Of a stretch of DNA of 64,000 bases, positions 61,099-64,000 are shown one piece after another (position 1 is the first letter of the stretch; every line of letters begins with the position of its first letter). The notes under the pieces were generated by a model. The model did not search any database, had not been told where the DNA came from, and saw only the letters and a list, made by a program, of their open reading frames with translations. Origin of the DNA: Escherichia coli (GTDB lineage Bacteria; Pseudomonadota; Gammaproteobacteria; Enterobacterales; Enterobacteriaceae); NCBI RefSeq assembly GCF_003334815.1, contig NZ_QOWO01000016.1; one strand, written 5' to 3'. A program made the translations under genes and the position numbers.

Positions 61099-62529
61099 TT
61101 ACTCCTGCGAAACATCATCCCACGCGTCCGGAGAAAGCTGGCGGCCGATATCCGGATAACGCAACGGATCAAACACCGGGCGCACGCCGAGTTTACGCTG
61201 GCGTAGATAATCACTGGCAATGGTATGAACCACAGGCGAGAGCAGTAAAATGGCGGTCAAATTGGTAATAGCCATGCAGGCCATTATGATATCTGCCAGT
61301 TGCCACATCAGCGGAAGACTTAGCAAGGTGCCGCCGATGACCGTTGCGAAGGTGCAGATCCGCAAACACCAGATCGCTTTAGGGTTGTTCAGGCGTAAAA
61401 AGAAGAGATTGTTTTCGGCGTAAATGTAGTTGGCAACGATGGAGCTGAAGGCAAACAGAATAACCACGAGGGTAACAAACTCAGCACCCCAGGAACCCAT
61501 TAGCACCCGCATCGCCTTCTGGATAAGCTGAATACCTTCCAGCGGCATGTAGGTTGTGCCGTTACCCGCCAGTAATATCAGCATGGCGCTTGCCGTACAG
61601 ATGACCAGGGTGTCGATAAAAATGCCAATCATCTGGACAATCCCTTGCGCTGCCGGATGCGGAGGCCAGGACGCCGCTGCCGCTGCCGCGTTTGGCGTCG
61701 ACCCCATTCCCGCCTCATTGGAAAACATACTGCGCTGAAAACCGTTAGTAATCGCCTGGCTTAAGGTATATCCCGCCGCGCCGCCTGCCGCTTCCTGCCA
61801 GCCAAAAGCACTCTCAAAAATAGACCAAATGACGTGGGGAAGTTGCCCGATATTCATTACGCAAATCACCAGGCTGGTCAGTACCCAGATTATCGCCATC
61901 AACGGGACAAACCCCTGCATGAGCCGGGCGACGCCATGAAGACCGCGAGTGATCACCAGCAGAGCAAAGACAGCGAGAATAATACCTGTCACCAGCGGGG
62001 GAAAATCAAAAGAAAAACTCAGGGCTCGCGCAACGGCGTTCGCCTGAATTCCGCTGAAAATTATGCCGTAGGCGATGAGCAAAAAGACGGCGAACAGAAC
62101 GCCCATCCAGCGCATCCCCAGCCCGCGCGCCATATACCATGCCGGTCCGCCACGAAACTGCCCATTGGCATCACGTTCTTTATAAAGCTGTGCGAGGGAA
62201 CATTCGGCAAACGAGGTCGCCATGCCGATAAACGCGGCAACCCACATCCAGAAGACGGCTCCAGGTCCACCGGCGGTAATTGCCAGCGCAACGCCGGCCA
62301 GGTTGCCGCTACCCACGCGCGCCGCAAGACTGGTACACAATGACTGAAATGAGGTTAAACCGCCTGGCTGTGGATGAATGCTATTTTTAAGACTTTTGCC
62401 AAACTGGCGGATGTAGCGAAACTGCACAAATCCGGTGCGAAAAGTGAACCAACAACCTGCGCCGAAGAGCAGGTAAATCATTACCGATCCCCAAAGGACG
62501 CTGTTAATAAAGGAGAAAAAATCTGGCAT
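61099..62529 (-). CDS. yaaJ: alanine/glycine:sodium symporter family transporter YaaJ
   Basis: 476-aa polytopic membrane protein, MPDFFSFINSVLWGSVMIYLLFGAGCWFTFRTGF... Confidence 0.95.
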   Translation of the reverse strand: MPDFFSFINSVLWGSVMIYLLFGAGCWFTFRTGFVQFRYIRQFGKSLKNSIHPQPGGLTSFQSLCTSLAARVGSGNLAGVALAITAGGPGAVFWMWVAAFIGMATSFAECSLAQLYKERDANGQFRGGPAWYMARGLGMRWMGVLFAVFLLIAYGIIFSGIQANAVARALSFSFDFPPLVTGIILAVFALLVITRGLHGVARLMQGFVPLMAIIWVLTSLVICVMNIGQLPHVIWSIFESAFGWQEAAGGAAGYTLSQAITNGFQRSMFSNEAGMGSTPNAAAAAASWPPHPAAQGIVQMIGIFIDTLVICTASAMLILLAGNGTTYMPLEGIQLIQKAMRVLMGSWGAEFVTLVVILFAFSSIVANYIYAENNLFFLRLNNPKAIWCLRICTFATVIGGTLLSLPLMWQLADIIMACMAITNLTAILLLSPVVHTIASDYLRQRKLGVRPVFDPLRYPDIGRQLSPDAWDDVSQE

Positions 62530-62807
62530 GCATATCCCTCTTATTGCCGGTCGCGATGACTTTCCTGTGTAAACGTTACCAATTGTTTAAGAAGTATATA
62601 CGCTACGAGGTACTTGATAACTTCTGCGTAGCATACATGAGGTTTTGTATAAAAATGGCGGGCGATATCAACGCAGTGTCAGAAATCCGAAACAGTCTCG
62701 CCTGGCGATAACCGTCTTGTCGGCGGTTGCGCTGACGTTGCGTCGTGATATCATCAGGGCAGACCGGTTACATCCCCCTAACAAGCTGTTTAAAGAGAAA
62801 TACTATC

Positions 62808-63761
62808 ATGACGGACAAATTGACCTCCCTTCGTCAGTACACCACCGTAGTGGCCGACACTGGGGACATCGCGGCAATGAAGCTGTATCAACCGCAGGAT
62901 GCCACAACCAACCCTTCTCTCATTCTTAACGCAGCGCAGATTCCGGAATACCGTAAGTTGATTGATGATGCTGTCGCCTGGGCGAAACAGCAGAGCAACG
63001 ATCGCGCGCAGCAGATCGTGGACGCGACCGACAAACTGGCAGTAAATATTGGTCTGGAAATCCTGAAACTGGTTCCGGGCCGTATCTCAACTGAAGTTGA
63101 TGCGCGTCTTTCCTATGACACCGAAGCGTCAATTGCGAAAGCAAAACGCCTGATCAAACTCTACAACGATGCTGGTATTAGCAACGATCGTATTCTGATC
63201 AAACTGGCTTCTACCTGGCAGGGTATCCGTGCTGCAGAACAGCTGGAAAAAGAAGGCATCAACTGTAACCTGACCCTGCTGTTCTCCTTCGCTCAGGCTC
63301 GTGCTTGTGCGGAAGCGGGCGTGTTCCTGATCTCGCCGTTTGTTGGCCGTATTCTTGACTGGTACAAAGCGAATACCGATAAGAAAGAGTACGCTCCGGC
63401 AGAAGATCCGGGCGTGGTTTCTGTATCTGAAATCTACCAGTACTACAAAGAGCACGGTTATGAAACCGTGGTTATGGGCGCAAGCTTCCGTAACATCGGC
63501 GAAATTCTGGAACTGGCAGGCTGCGACCGTCTTACCATCGCACCTACACTGCTGAAAGAGCTGGCTGAGAGCGAAGGGGCTATCGAACGTAAACTGTCTT
63601 ACACCGGCGAAGTGAAAGCGCGTCCGGCGCGTATCACTGAGTCCGAGTTCCTGTGGCAGCACAACCAGGATCCAATGGCAGTAGATAAACTGGCGGAAGG
63701 TATCCGTAAGTTTGCTATTGACCAGGAAAAACTGGAAAAAATGATCGGCGATCTGCTGTAA
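62808..63761 (+). CDS. talB: transaldolase B
   Basis: [44 protein letters not shown]..., 317 aa. The track ORF starts 63 nt upstream. Confidence 0.97.
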   Translation: MTDKLTSLRQYTTVVADTGDIAAMKLYQPQDATTNPSLILNAAQIPEYRKLIDDAVAWAKQQSNDRAQQIVDATDKLAVNIGLEILKLVPGRISTEVDARLSYDTEASIAKAKRLIKLYNDAGISNDRILIKLASTWQGIRAAEQLEKEGINCNLTLLFSFAQARACAEAGVFLISPFVGRILDWYKANTDKKEYAPAEDPGVVSVSEIYQYYKEHGYETVVMGASFRNIGEILELAGCDRLTIAPTLLKELAESEGAIERKLSYTGEVKARPARITESEFLWQHNQDPMAVDKLAEGIRKFAIDQEKLEKMIGDLL

Positions 63762-63875
63762 TCATTCTTAGCGTGACCGGGAAGTCGGTCACGCTACCTC
63801 TTCTGAAGCCTGTCTGTCACTCCCTTCGCAGTGTATCATTCTGTTTAACGAGACTGTTTAAACGGAAAAATCTTG

Positions 63876-64000
63876 ATGAATACTTTACGTATTGGCTTAG
63901 TTTCCATCTCTGATCGCGCATCCAGCGGCGTTTATCAGGATAAAGGCATCCCTGCGCTGGAAGAATGGCTGACATCGGCGCTAACCACGCCGTTTGAACT
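63876..64000 (+). CDS. mog: molybdopterin adenylyltransferase Mog, N-terminal part (runs off the window)
   Basis: My translation from ATG 63876: MNTLRIGLVSISDRASSGVYQDKGIPALEEWLTSALTTPFE... Confidence 0.9.
   Translation, partial: MNTLRIGLVSISDRASSGVYQDKGIPALEEWLTSALTTPFE

Overview
Escherichia/Shigella-type chromosome; the host proteins match my recollection of E. coli K-12. Positions 1 to ~22.35 kb are the right-hand part of a prophage whose left end lies outside the window. It has an HK97-type head module (terminase, portal, protease, capsid, connectors) and a Mu-like contractile tail and baseplate module (sheath, tube, frameshifted chaperone, tape measure, N/P/V/gp46/J/gp48 homologues). 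It also carries an e14-type invertible tail-fibre segment with a Pin-family invertase.

Between the invertase and the prophage end lies a ~3.6 kb accessory locus (18.49-22.13 kb), which is where I would look for new biology. It contains:
- a strongly AT-rich, self-contained two-gene operon (84-aa two-TM protein plus a ~311-aa soluble protein) whose products share a GDNSN-type motif;
- an XRE/ImmA (HEXXH) pair;
- an untracked 49-aa basic ORF with its own SD and terminator;
- a truncated second dinI copy;
- an intact DinI-like gene behind twin LexA boxes.

The locus is framed by 102-bp direct repeats. The prophage joins the host inside the 5' end of prfC and supplies a substitute N-terminus.

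The remaining ~42 kb is ordinary conserved backbone in K-12 order: prfC, osmY, ytjA, yjjUV, yjjWI, deoCABD, yjjJ, lplA, ytjB, serB, radA, nadR, ettA, slt, trpR, yjjX, gpmB, rob, creABCD, arcA, yjjY, yjtD, thrLABC, yaaX, yaaA, yaaJ, talB, mog (partial). It is interspersed with REP/BIME repeats and a few recognisable operators, attenuators and terminators.

I saw no rRNA, tRNA or CRISPR array. All similarity statements rest on reading the translations and on memory, not on searches.
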